A stretch of 64,000 bases of DNA from Octopus vulgaris (lineage: Eukaryota): assembly GCA_951406725.2 (NCBI GenBank), contig OX597814.1, positions 46,748,001-46,812,000 of the forward strand, in the 5' to 3' direction. The notes beneath the pieces were generated by a model. It ran no database searches and was not told where the DNA came from. It saw only the letters and a program-made list of their open reading frames with translations. Of this stretch, positions 1 to 17,831 are shown piece after piece. The position numbers were made by a program, and so were the translations under genes. Position 1 is the stretch's first letter, and each line of letters begins with the position of its first letter.

Positions 1-6066
<6,066 letters not shown>

Positions 6067-6073
6067 AGTCGAG

Positions 6074-9043
6074 ATGCTTGAACGGAGACGTGTTGATGTA
6101 TGTTGTATGCAAGAAATAAGGTGGAGAGGAGGATCTGCTAGGTTCCTCACGGGCAAGGAACACAGGTACAAGATTTTCTGGGCAGGGAACACTGACGGGG
6201 TTGGTGGCGTGGGTATATTTATCGCTGAGAAATGGATAGATAGAGTAATTGAGGTAATCAGAGTAAGTGACAGAATACTTAAGATTAGAATAGTGCTTCA
6301 TAATAGATTAGCAACCATTATATCGGCCTATGCCCCTCAGCCAGGGCTACCCGATGGACAGAAAGACAGTTTCTATGACACCCTACTGCAGACCACCTCA
6401 TTGACGAACGACAGGGACCTTCTCTTTGTGGCTGGTGATTTCAATGGGCATGTTGGACAACATGCTGGGGGCTTCCATGGCGTGCATGGAGGCTACGGTT
6501 ATGGTTCCCGCAACGAGGAGGGAACCAGGCTGCTTGAGTTCTGCGATGCGAATAGTCTTATGATCTGCAACACTAACTTCAGGAAACCAACAAGCCACCT
6601 GGTCACCTACCGATCGGGCCGGCATACTAGCCAAATCGACTACATCCTTGCCAGAAAAAGGGAAAGATGGCTGCTTATAAATGCCAAAACCTTCCCAGGC
6701 GAAGAATGCACCCCACAACATAGACTGGTAGTTAGTGACTTTAGGATCAGGTCTAAGAGGGCGACTAGAAGACGACCAACATGGAGAAGAAGGGTCTGGA
6801 AGCTTAAAGACCCTGCGAATGGACAGAGATTTAGAGATATGTTACTTGAAGCCTTTGACGAAGTGGAAGGGGGTATAGCTACACATGGGGTAGAAGACAA
6901 CTGGACGTTTCTGAGGGACAACCTGCTGAAAGCCGCTGACCAGATCTGTGGCTGGTGCAAAGTCCCCTTAAGACCCAAAATAACGTGGTGGTGGAACAAT
7001 ATTGTTGACAGGGCTATTAGACAAAAGAAACAGGCTTGGAAGGCCTGGAAGAACGGTGGTAGCAGGGAAGTGTATCAGACTGCCAGAAGGGAAGCTAGGA
7101 GACAGGTCTATCTAGCCAGAGGGGAAGCAGATAAAAGAAAGTTTGCCAATGTCCTGCGCCGTGAGGATGAAAGACTTGAGGTATTTCGTGTTGCAAGACA
7201 GTGTGTGAGAGAGAATCGTGATGTGGTAGGAGAGAAATGTGTTCGCATGGAGGATGGTTCACTTGCGCTAAATGAGGATGCAAAGAGAGAAGCTTGGAGA
7301 CGCCACTATGAAAGGTTGCTGAATGAGGAAAATGAATGGGATAAAGAGAGTCTGCCGAATGTTGACCCAACAGAGGGACCAGCTATCCGAGTTGATAGTT
7401 CCGTGGTAGCTAAGGCAATTAGAAGCATGAAGACAGGGAAAGCCCCAGGCCCATCAGGAATTACTGCAGAGATGCTCAAAATATCTGGTAGTGTCGGCTA
7501 TAGCATAGTCACCCGTATAGTTAACCAGGTGATACACGAAGGAGTCATACCCAATGACTGGTGTAGCAGCATAATAGTCAACTGCTACAAAGGTAAAGGA
7601 GATGCCCTAGATACAAATAACTACAGGGGCATCAAGCTGTTGGATCAGGTAATGAAGGTTACGGAGAGGGTTATAGCCCAGTTAATTAGAGAGAGAGTTA
7701 GCTTAGATGATATGCAGTTTGGGTTCGTGCCAGGGAAAAGTACTACTGATGCTATATTCCTGGTAAGACAGCTGCAGGAGAAATACCTAGCCAAAGGTAA
7801 GCCCTTGTACCTGGCTTTTGTTGACTTAGAGAAAGCCTTTGACAGGGTCCCCCGATCCCTTATCTGGTGGTCAATGAGGAAACTAGGGATAGATGAATGG
7901 TTAGTGAGAGCTGTGCGAGCCATGTACAGAGACGCAGCTAGTAAGGTGAGGGTTGGCAACGAGTACAGTGAAGAATTCCGGGTAGAGGTTGGGGTCCACC
8001 AAGGTTCAGTCCTCAGCCCCCTCCTATTTATCATAGTCCTCCAGGCAATAACGGAAGAATTTAAGACAGGATGCCCCTGGGAGCTCCTATATGCTGATGA
8101 CCTTGCTCTAATTGCTGAGTCACTATCAGAACTGGAGGAGAAGTTTCAGGTGTGGAAACAAGGATTAGAGTCGAAGGGCCTTAGAATCAACCTAGCCAAA
8201 ACCAAAGTCCTAATAAGTAGGAAGGTGGACCAACCACAAACGACTTCAGGTAGATGGCCCTGCTCGATCTGTAGAAAAGGTGTAGGTAGAAACTCTATAA
8301 GGTGCACCAAGTGTAAGCTATGGACACATAAGAGGTGCAGCAATGTCAAAGGTAGGCTAACTGGGAAGATAGTTTTCGTATGTGGCAGATGCTCAGGAGA
8401 AATAAACACTGGAAATGTGCAGAGACCAACTTCTACCACGTTCCAGGGAGACAAACTAGAAGTAGTTGATAGCTTCCGCTACCTTGGAGACCAAGTTAGT
8501 AGCGGGGGTGGGTGTGCTGAAAGTGTAACTGCTAGAATAAGAATAGCCTGGGCAAAGTTTAGGGAGCTCTTACCCCTGCTGGTGACAAAAGGCCTCTCGC
8601 TCAGAGTAAAAGGCAGACTTTATGATGCATGTGTACGTACAGCCATGCTACATGGTAGTGAAACATGGGCCGTGACTGCTGAGGACATGCGTAAGCTCGC
8701 AAGAAATGAAGCCAGTATGCTCCGATGGATGTGTAATGTCAGTGTTCATAATCGTCAGAGTGTAAGTACCTTGAGAGAAAAGTTGAACCTAAGAAGCGTC
8801 AGTTGTGGTGTGCAAGAGAGACGGCTGCGCTGGTATGGTCATATGACGAGAATGGCTGAAGATAGTTGTGTGCAAAAGTGCTACACCCTAGCAGTTGAGG
8901 GAACCTGTGGAAGAGGTAGACCCAGGAAAACCTGGGACGAAGTGGTGAAGCACGACCTACGAACTTTAGGTCTCACCAAGGAAATGACTAGAGACCGAGA
9001 CCTATGGAAGTATGCTGTGCGTAAGAAGACCCGGCAAGACTAG
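6074..9043 (+). CDS. RTE LINE polyprotein: APE-type endonuclease + reverse transcriptase (989 aa from the first element-derived Met)
   Basis: Uninterrupted frame. EN motifs: CCMQE, SAYAP, AGDFNGH, SQIDY, QHRLV. RT motifs: [38 protein letters not shown] (8090-8101), FRYLG. The extreme EN N-terminus is missing. Confidence 0.93.
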   Translation: MLERRRVDVCCMQEIRWRGGSARFLTGKEHRYKIFWAGNTDGVGGVGIFIAEKWIDRVIEVIRVSDRILKIRIVLHNRLATIISAYAPQPGLPDGQKDSFYDTLLQTTSLTNDRDLLFVAGDFNGHVGQHAGGFHGVHGGYGYGSRNEEGTRLLEFCDANSLMICNTNFRKPTSHLVTYRSGRHTSQIDYILARKRERWLLINAKTFPGEECTPQHRLVVSDFRIRSKRATRRRPTWRRRVWKLKDPANGQRFRDMLLEAFDEVEGGIATHGVEDNWTFLRDNLLKAADQICGWCKVPLRPKITWWWNNIVDRAIRQKKQAWKAWKNGGSREVYQTARREARRQVYLARGEADKRKFANVLRREDERLEVFRVARQCVRENRDVVGEKCVRMEDGSLALNEDAKREAWRRHYERLLNEENEWDKESLPNVDPTEGPAIRVDSSVVAKAIRSMKTGKAPGPSGITAEMLKISGSVGYSIVTRIVNQVIHEGVIPNDWCSSIIVNCYKGKGDALDTNNYRGIKLLDQVMKVTERVIAQLIRERVSLDDMQFGFVPGKSTTDAIFLVRQLQEKYLAKGKPLYLAFVDLEKAFDRVPRSLIWWSMRKLGIDEWLVRAVRAMYRDAASKVRVGNEYSEEFRVEVGVHQGSVLSPLLFIIVLQAITEEFKTGCPWELLYADDLALIAESLSELEEKFQVWKQGLESKGLRINLAKTKVLISRKVDQPQTTSGRWPCSICRKGVGRNSIRCTKCKLWTHKRCSNVKGRLTGKIVFVCGRCSGEINTGNVQRPTSTTFQGDKLEVVDSFRYLGDQVSSGGGCAESVTARIRIAWAKFRELLPLLVTKGLSLRVKGRLYDACVRTAMLHGSETWAVTAEDMRKLARNEASMLRWMCNVSVHNRQSVSTLREKLNLRSVSCGVQERRLRWYGHMTRMAEDSCVQKCYTLAVEGTCGRGRPRKTWDEVVKHDLRTLGLTKEMTRDRDLWKYAVRKKTRQD
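8261..8392 (+). other. PHD-like C4HC3 zinc finger embedded in the RTE RT region
   Basis: CSIC-x10-CTKC-x4-HKRC-x14-CGRC with Trp two residues before the His. It lies between KTKVL and FRYLG and is conserved in the minus-strand copy at ~14862-14992. Confidence 0.8.
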
Positions 9044-9326
9044 TCAGGCCATAACCCGTGGCCCCTACCTAGGACGTAGTCAGTCCACCTGTGCATACCT
9101 TCCTTCTTGTGACACTTGTGAAGACCTGTTGAGGCAAGTGAAAATCAAACAAAATCAAAATAGATGAACATCAATGGAATTTGTATCTTTGTGGTACCAG
9201 TGCCGGTGGCACACAAGAATACCATCCGAACGTGGGCGTAGCCAGTACCGCACCGACTGGCCTCCATGCTGTGGGCACGTAACAATCACCATCCAATCGT
9301 GACCGATCGCCAGCCTAATATGGCTC

Positions 9327-10042
9327 CTGTGTCGGTGGCACATAAAAAAACACCATCCGAGCGTGGTCGTCTGCTAGCCTTGTCTGGCACCTGTGTCGGT
9401 GGCACATAAAAACACCATCCGAGCGTGGCCCGTTCGCCAGCCTCGTCTGGCACCTGTGTCGGTGGCACATAAAAAAAAACACCATCCGAGCGTGGTCGTC
9501 TGCTAGCCTTGTCTGGCACCTGTGTCGGTGGCACATAAAAACACCATCCGAGCGTGGCCGTTCGCCAGCCTCGTCTGGCACCTGTGTCGGTGGCACATAA
9601 AAACACCATCCGAGCGTGGTCGTCTGCTAGTCTTGTCTGGCACCTGTGTCGGTGGCACATAAAAACACCATCCGAGCGTGGCCGTTCGCCAGCCTCGTCT
9701 GGCACCTGTGTCGGTGGCACATAAAAACACCATCCGAGCGTGGTCGTCTGCTAGCCTTGTCTGGCACCTGTGTCGGTGGCACATAAAAACACCATCCGAG
9801 TGTGGCCGTTCGCCAGCCTCGTCTGGCACCTGTGTCGGTGGCACATAAAAACACCATCCAAGCGTGGCCATTCGCCAGCCTCGTCTGGCACCTGTGTCGG
9901 TGGCACATAAAAAACACCATCTGAGCGTGGTCGTCTGCCAGCCTTGTCTGGCACCTGTGTCGGTGGCACATAAAAACACCATCCGAGCGTGGCCGTTCGC
10001 CAGCCTCGTCTGGCACCTGTGTCGGTGGCACATAAAATCACC
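9327..10042 (+). repeat. 62-bp tandem array in the RTE 3' UTR (12 core motifs, 11 full units, two alternating variants)
   Basis: Unit CTGTGTCGGTGGCACATAAAAACACCATCCGAGCGTGGCCGTTCGCCAGCCTCGTCTGGCAC. Variant order B,A,B,A,B,A,B,A,A,B,A. Two more diverged units lie at ~9200 and ~9265. Confidence 0.95.
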
Positions 10043-10203
10043 CACTACACTCTCGGAGTGGTTGGCGTTAGGAAGGGCATTCCAGCTGTAGAAACACTGC
10101 CAGATCTGACTGGCCTGGTGCAGCCTTCAGGCTCCCCAGACACCAGTTGAACCGTCCAACCCATGCTAGCATGGAGAGCGGACGTTAAATGATGATGATG
10201 ATG

Positions 10204-10603
10204 TATGTATATATGTATGTATATATGTATGTATATATATATGTATGTATATATATATGTATGTATATATGTATGTATATATGTATGTATATATATATGT
10301 ATGTAAATATGTATGTATGTATATATGTATGTATATATGTATGTATGTATATATGTATGTATATATATGTATATATGTATGTGTATATGTATATATGTAT
10401 GTATATATGTATATGTATATATGTATATATATATGTATATATGTATATATATATATGTATATATGTATGTATATATGTATATATATATATATGTATATAT
10501 GTATATATATATATGTATATATATGTATGTATATATGTATATATATGTATGTATATATGTATATATATATGTGTATATATGTATTTATGTATATATATGT
10601 ATG

Positions 10604-10634
<31 letters not shown>

Positions 10635-11299
10635 GTATATATGTATTTATGTATATGTATATATGTATTTATGTATATATATATGTATATATATATATAT
10701 GTATATATGTATATATATATATGTATATATGTATTTATGTATATGTATATATGTATTTATGTATATATATATGTATATATGTATTTATGTATATATATAT
10801 GTATATATATGTATGTATATATATATATACATACATATATACATATACATACATACATATACTTACATATATATATGTATGTATATATGTATGTATATGT
10901 ATATGTATATATGTATATGTATATATGTATGTATATATATATATGTATATATGTATATATGTATGTATATATATATATGTATATATGTATATAAATATAT
11001 GTATATATGTGTATATATATATGTATATATGTATATATATATGTATATATGTATATATGTATGTATATATATATATACATATGTGTATATATATATATGT
11101 ATATATGTGTATATATATATGTATATATGTGTATATATATATGTAGATATGTGTATATATATATGTATATATGTATATATATATATGTATATATGTATAT
11201 ATGTATATGTATATATGTATATGTATATATGTATTTATGTATATGTATATATGTATATATGTATATGTATATATGTATTTATGTATATATATATATATG

Positions 11300-11337
<38 letters not shown>

Positions 11338-11363
11338 TGTATGTATATATATATATATGTATG

Positions 11364-11403
<40 letters not shown>

Positions 11404-11955
11404 TGTATGTATATATATATATGTATGTATATATATATGTATGTATATATATATGTATGTATATATATATGTATGTATATATATATGTATGTATATATAT
11501 ATGTATGTATATATATATGTATGTATATATATATGTATGTATATATATATGTATGTATATATGTGTATGTATATATGTATATATATATGTATGTATATAT
11601 ATATGTATGTATATATGTATGTATATATATATGTATGTATATATGTATATATATATATATGTATGTATATATGTATGTATATATGTATGTATATATATAT
11701 GTATGTATATATGTATGTATATATATATGTATGTATATATGTATGTATATATGTATGTATATATATATGTATGTATATATGTATGTATATATGTATGTAT
11801 GTATATATGTATGTATGTATGTATATATATATGTATGTATATATATATGTATGTATATATATATGTATGTATATATGTATGTATATATGTATGTATATAT
11901 ATATGTATATATGTATGTATATATATATATGTATATATGTATGTATGTATATATG

Positions 11956-12031
<76 letters not shown>

Positions 12032-12075
12032 TGTATGTATGTATATGTATGTATATATATATATATATATATGTA
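10204..12075. repeat. compound (AT)n/(ATGT)n microsatellite
   Basis: Same unit composition as 1-6066 and directly abuts the RTE tail. Confidence 0.97.
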
Positions 12076-12084
12076 AGTATGATT

Positions 12085-12692
12085 GATTCTAGTCTCAGCT
12101 CATGAGCTGTGGCCATGCTGGGGCACCGCCATTTGGTGTTGCTACATGGTTTTACTTCACGAAAGCTTTTTAGCAACTGCTATTTGGTGCATGAGAGAGT
12201 TCGATGCAGCTGCCCTTATCTGCACCTCCTGCTGTGAAGTTGGTTCATCTGGGACACTTGACAGGAAGAGATCCTGTTTCATTTTAAAGACATCTGCATG
12301 CACCCCATGCAGGTCTCTTAGGTTCTTCGGAAGGATATTGAAGAGCTGTGGGCCTCGGAAGCCCAGGCTATCACAGTATCTTGTCCTACATCTTGAGGGC
12401 AAATTTGGAGTCCTCGGCACCACGCAGTGGCGCCCAGTTCTGGCATTTGTGTAACTCTCGATGCCAAAGTTTGGGACATGTCCCTCCAGGATCTTCCAGA
12501 TGTATATTATGGCATATCTTTCCCACCTACCCTCCAAGGAATATAGTTTTAATCTCTTGAGTCTTTCCCAGTAGCTTATATTCTGCATAGAGGCTATCTT
12601 CTTCGTGTAGCTACGTTGGATCGCCTCAAGTTCTGTGATCAACTTGACACTGGATGGTGACCATAACTGAGAGCAATAGTCAAAGTGGCTTA
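12085..12692 (-). mobile_element. CR1/L2-group LINE 3' fragment (RT C-terminus + 3' end)
   Basis: Minus-strand translation ELEAIQRSYTKKI...SYWERLKRLKLYSLE..ERY..IYIWKIL is a CR1-like RT C-terminus, followed by a GGCGGTGCCCCAGCATGGCCACAG terminal segment. Confidence 0.85.
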
Positions 12693-13612
12693 GGTATATA
12701 TATATTTGTTTATATATATGTATATATATATTTGTTTATATATATGTATATATATATGTATATATATGTATATATATATTTGTTTATATATATGTATATA
12801 TATGTATATATATATTTGTTTATATATATGTATATATATATTTGTTTATATATATGTAGTATATATATATTTGTTTATATATACGTATATATATGTATAT
12901 ATATATTTGTTTATATATATGTATATATATGTATATATATATTTGTTTATATATATGTATATATTTGTTTATATATATGTATATATATGTATATATATGT
13001 ATATATATATATGTTTATATATATGTATATATATATATGTTTATATATATGTATATATATATATATGTTTATATATATGTATATATATATATATGTTTAT
13101 ATATATGTATATATATATATTTGTTTATATATATGTATATATATATATTTGTTTATATATATGTATATATATATATATGTATATATATGTATATATATAT
13201 TTGTTTATATATATGTATATATATATTTGTTTATATATATGTATATATATTTGTTTATATATATGTATATATATATATTTGTTTATATATATGTATGTTT
13301 ATATATATGTTTATATATATGTATATATATGTGTATATATGTTTATGTATATGTATATTTATTTGTATATATATACAGAAATACATACATATATATACAT
13401 ATATATATGTATGTATATACATATATATATGTATGTATATACATATATATGCATACATATATACATATATAAACACACATATATAAACACACATATATAT
13501 ACACACACATATATACACACATATATATATACACATATATATACATATACATATTCACACACACATATATATACATATACGTACATATATACACATATAC
13601 ACATACATATAC

Positions 13613-13643
<31 letters not shown>

Positions 13644-13707
13644 TGTTTATACATATGTATATATTATATGTATGTGTATATATGTGTGTGTGTATATATA
13701 TATTTAT
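12693..13707. repeat. compound microsatellite (ATTTGTTT/AT/GT units, switching to CA-type units after ~13380)
   Basis: Direct inspection of the low-complexity sequence. Confidence 0.95.
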
Positions 13708-15352
13708 ATCATCATCATCATCGTTTAACGTCCGTTCTCCATGCTAGCATTGGTTGGACGGTTTGACCGGGGATCTGGGAAGCCAGAAGGCTGCACCAGG
13801 CTCCAGTCTTATCTGGCAATGTTTCTACGGCTGGATGCCCTTCCTAATGCCAACCACTCCGTGAGTGTAGTGGGTGCTTTTTACGTGCCACCTGCACAGG
13901 TGCCAGGCGAGGCTGACAACGGCCACGGTCGGATTGGTGTATTTTATGTGCCACCGGCACGGAAGCCAGTCGAGGCGGTGCTGGCATCGGCCACGAGTCG
14001 GATAGTGCTTTTTACGTACCACCAGACTAGGGATCCTGGCTGGTTCAATTCGGTTTCGATTTCGATTTCGCTTGCCCCAACATGTCTTCGCAAGCAAAGG
14101 GGGTTGGCATGGGTGCCTGTCGTCGGATGAGGTTCTATATCGACTGCGCTTGCCTCAACAGGTCTTTGTGTCCAAGGGAGGAAAGGCATTCATAAGTGGG
14201 CTGGGCTCACTTGTCCTGCCTGGTCTTCTCACGTACAGAATATTTCCAAAGGTCTCGGTCGCTGGTCATTTCCTCAGTGAGGCCTAAAGTTCGAAGGTCA
14301 TGCTTCACCACCTCGTCCCAGGTTTTCCTGGGTCTACCTCTTCCACGGGTTCCCTCAACTGCTAGGGATTGGCACTTTCTCACACACCTATCTTCATCCA
14401 TTCTCGCCACATGACCATACCAGCGCAATCGTCTCTCTTGCACACCACAACTGATGCTTCTTAGGTACAACATTTCTTTCAAGGTGCTAACGCTCTGTCG
14501 AGTATGTACACTGAAATTACACATCCATCGGAGCATACTGGCTTCATTCCTCACGAGCTTACGCATGTCCTCAGCAGTCACGGCCCATGTTTCACTGCCA
14601 TGTAGCATGGCTGTTCATACACACGCATCATACAGTCTGCCTTTTACTCTGAGCGAGAGGCCTTTAGTCACCAGCAGAGGTAAGAGCTCCCTAAACTTTG
14701 CCCAGGCTATTCTTATTCTAGCAGTTACACTTTCAGTGCACCCACCCCCACTACTGACTTGGTCACCTAGATAACGGAAGCTATCAACTACTTCTAGTTT
14801 TTCCCCCTGGAAAGTGACGGAAGTTGTTTTCTGCAGATTTTCGGAGGTTAATGCTCCCGAGCATCTGCCACATACAAAAACTATCTTCCCAGTTAGCCTA
14901 CCTTTGACATTGCTGCACCTCTTATGTGTCCATAGCTTACACTGGGTACATCTTATAGAGTTTCTACCTACACCTTTTCTACAGATCGAGCAGGGCCATC
15001 TTCCTGAAGACATTTGTGGATTGTCTACCTTCCTACTTATTAGTACTTTGGTTTTAGCTAGGTTGACTCTAAGGCCCCTCGATTCTAAACCCTCCTTCCA
15101 CACCTGGAACTTCTCCTCCAGTTCTGATAGTGACTCAGCAATAAGAGCAAGGTCGTCAGCGTAGAGGAGCTCCCAGGGACAGCCTGTCTTGAATTCCTCC
15201 GTAATTCCCTGGAGGACTATGATAAATAGGAGGGGGCTGAGTACTGAACCCTGGTGGACCCCAACCTCTACTTTGAATTCTTCTGTGTACATGTTGCCAA
15301 CCCTAACCTTACTTACGGCATCTCTGTACATGGCTTGCACAGTCCTCACCAG
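13708..15352 (-). mobile_element. 5'-truncated RTE LINE copy (RT second half, PHD-like finger, 3' UTR with about 3 repeat units)
   Basis: ORFs 14615-15349 and 14207-14608 closely match the C-terminal half of the 6074-9043 protein ([19 protein letters not shown]), with a frameshift near 14612. The (CAT)n tail is at 13708-13721. Confidence 0.93.
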
Positions 15353-16442
15353 CTGTGTATATGTATATATAGTTATATGTATGTGTATATGTATATATAT
15401 TTATATGTATGTGTATATGTATATATATTTATATGTATGTGTATATGTATATATATTTATATGTATGTGTATATGTATGTGTATATGTATATATATTTAT
15501 ATGTATGTGTATATGTATATATATTTATATGTATGTGTATATGTATATATATTTATATGTATGTGTATATGTATATACTTATATGTATGTGTATATGTAT
15601 ATACTTATATGTATGTGTATATGTGTATATACTTATATGTATGTGTATATGTGTATATATTTACATGTATGTGTATATGTATATATATTTACATGTATAT
15701 GTCTATATATTTATATGTATGTGTATATGTATATATATTTATATGTATGTGTATATGTATATATATTTATATGTATATGTATATATGTGTATATATATTT
15801 ATATGTATATGTATATATGTATATATATATGTGTATATATATATGTATATGTATATGTATATATATATTTATATGTATATATGTGTATATATATATGTAT
15901 GTGTATATGTATATATGTATAGTTATATATTTATATATATATATATATGTTTAAATGTTTATATTTGTATGTACATATGTGTATATATATGTACATATAT
16001 ATGTGTATGTATGTATATATATATGTGTCTATATATGTACATATTTGTGTGTATGTATGTACATATGTGTATACGTATGTATGGATAGATGTGTATATAT
16101 ATGTGTGTGTATATGTATATATATGTGTGTGTATATGTATATATATGTGTATGTATGTATATATATATGTGTCTATATATGTACATATTTGTGTGTATGT
16201 ATGTACATATGTGTATACGTATGTATGGATAGATGTGTATATATATGTGTGTGTATATGTATATATATATGTATATATAAATAGATATACATGTGTATGT
16301 ATATATGTATAAGTATATAATATATATGCGTAAGTATATATATATATATATGTGTGTGTGTGTATATTTATGTTTTTATATCTAAGTATGTATATATATG
16401 TATATCTCTGTGTGTGTGTATATATATATATATGTATATGCA
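15353..16442. repeat. compound AT/GT micro/minisatellite
   Basis: Recurrent ~28-bp unit ATTTATATGTATGTGTATATGTATATAT, plus a ~150-bp internal duplication near 15995-16270. Confidence 0.93.
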
Positions 16443-17116
16443 TACCACCAGGACAATCATAATATCCTAATCATTCTCAGGCAGACACACACATAACATC
16501 TCCAGCAACACAAAACATACACATGCACACACACATACAAATGTGCACAGATATTCACACATCATCCTACCAAATATAAAAGCATACAGACCCATATACA
16601 CACACCACCGTAAGCTCTGGAAGGAATAATGGCCCACACACACAAATACAAGCTCTTATATATATATATACACACACACACACATACACAGAGACACACA
16701 GTCACACCATTAGGACCTCTGAGACCAGTCCCAAAAACCACTGAACCATGACAGACTAGCCCAGCAACATGAAAATCGTTTTGATTCTACATTGCTCTTC
16801 CTTCCCCTCCCTAACCAACCTCCCACACTGTTCCTTAAAACAGCAAACATTCCTTAGCTACACACAAGACAGAAAATGTCAGAAAGACAGGTCAGTTATT
16901 CCTCTCCAATGTTCTGTAAATTCTGTGTATATATATCCTACCAAACAAACATGGTTTTTATTGAACTCATAATACTTATTGCAGTCTCGTTCTAAATACT
17001 TTCTGAAATACTTTCATGTAAACTGTTTTTAACATTTTCTTATTATTAAGAATGTATTACTGTATTTTAATACTTTTGTGATAACCAGTACTTAACACAA
17101 CAAAGCTTTACATTTT

Positions 17117-17158
17117 ACCTTTGACAATCTTTTTCTAAAAAGGTGAAACCGGTCAAGT
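17117..17158 (+). ncRNA. degenerate Penelope-type minimal hammerhead ribozyme motif
   Basis: ACCT-TTGACAA (CTGACGA with two transitions)-stem II TCTTTTT/AAAAAGG-T-GAAACCGGTC-AAGT. The palindromic ACCGGT in stem III is typical of PLE hammerheads. Confidence 0.45.
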
Positions 17159-17274
17159 CAATAAACATCTTTAAAATTGCATTTTCAAACCTTCTTTTAT
17201 ATATATTTCCACTTGTGCGGTACCTTACAACTTTACTTTGTTATTTGCATATATATATATGTGTATATATATGC

Positions 17275-17604
17275 TGTGACTCCTTTGGTTATGACTGACC
17301 ATGGGATTGCACCTAGAAAGTTACCCTCCCTGGCACATGTCCGGGCAAGGTTTTATGGAAGACCAGTAGCCCCCCATGCATACCACTCTCCCCTCTCCAT
17401 GCCACCAGTGCTATCCAAGGGAAAGGCAAAGGCTAATACAGGTCATCACCTGACATTGCAACTCATTTCTACAGCTAACAAAAATGAAGCAATGTGAAAT
17501 AAAGTGTCTTGCTCAAGAAAACAACACACAGCATGGTCTGGCATTCAAATTCACAACCTCATGATTGTAAGCTCGACGCTCTAGCCACTGACCCATGAGC
17601 CTTC
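17275..17604 (-). mobile_element. tRNA-derived SINE with CORE-like domain
   Basis: Minus strand has an A-box-like GGGTCAGTGGCTAGAGC, a degenerate B-box, then TTCTTGAGCAAGACACTTT (CORE-like). Confidence 0.7.
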
Positions 17605-17758
17605 ACATGTATATATATACATATATATACATATGTATATGTATGCATGTGTATGTATGTATATACATATATATATACACACACACATGTATATATGTTT
17701 GTGTGTATATATGTATATATATATATGCATGTATATATATATATGCATGTATATATAT

Positions 17759-17818
<60 letters not shown>

Positions 17819-17819
17819 A
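17605..17819. repeat. (AT)n/(GT)n microsatellite
   Basis: Direct inspection. Confidence 0.9.
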
Positions 17820-17831
17820 AATCCTTTAAAA

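Noticed and set aside
6398-8454. Minus-strand ORFs overlapping the RTE ORF, and similar antisense ORFs over the mariners
   Set aside because: Shadow ORFs of coding sequence with no recognisable motifs.
9327-10042. CRISPR-like appearance of regularly spaced repeats
   Set aside because: The intervening sequences are just two recurring variants rather than unique spacers, there are no cas genes, and the array lies in a eukaryotic LINE 3' UTR.
9155-10091. Repetitive ORFs (MCHRHRCQTRL..., MPPTQVPDEAG...)
   Set aside because: Antisense translations of the 62-bp array; the unit length is not a multiple of 3 and the A-run indels shift frames.
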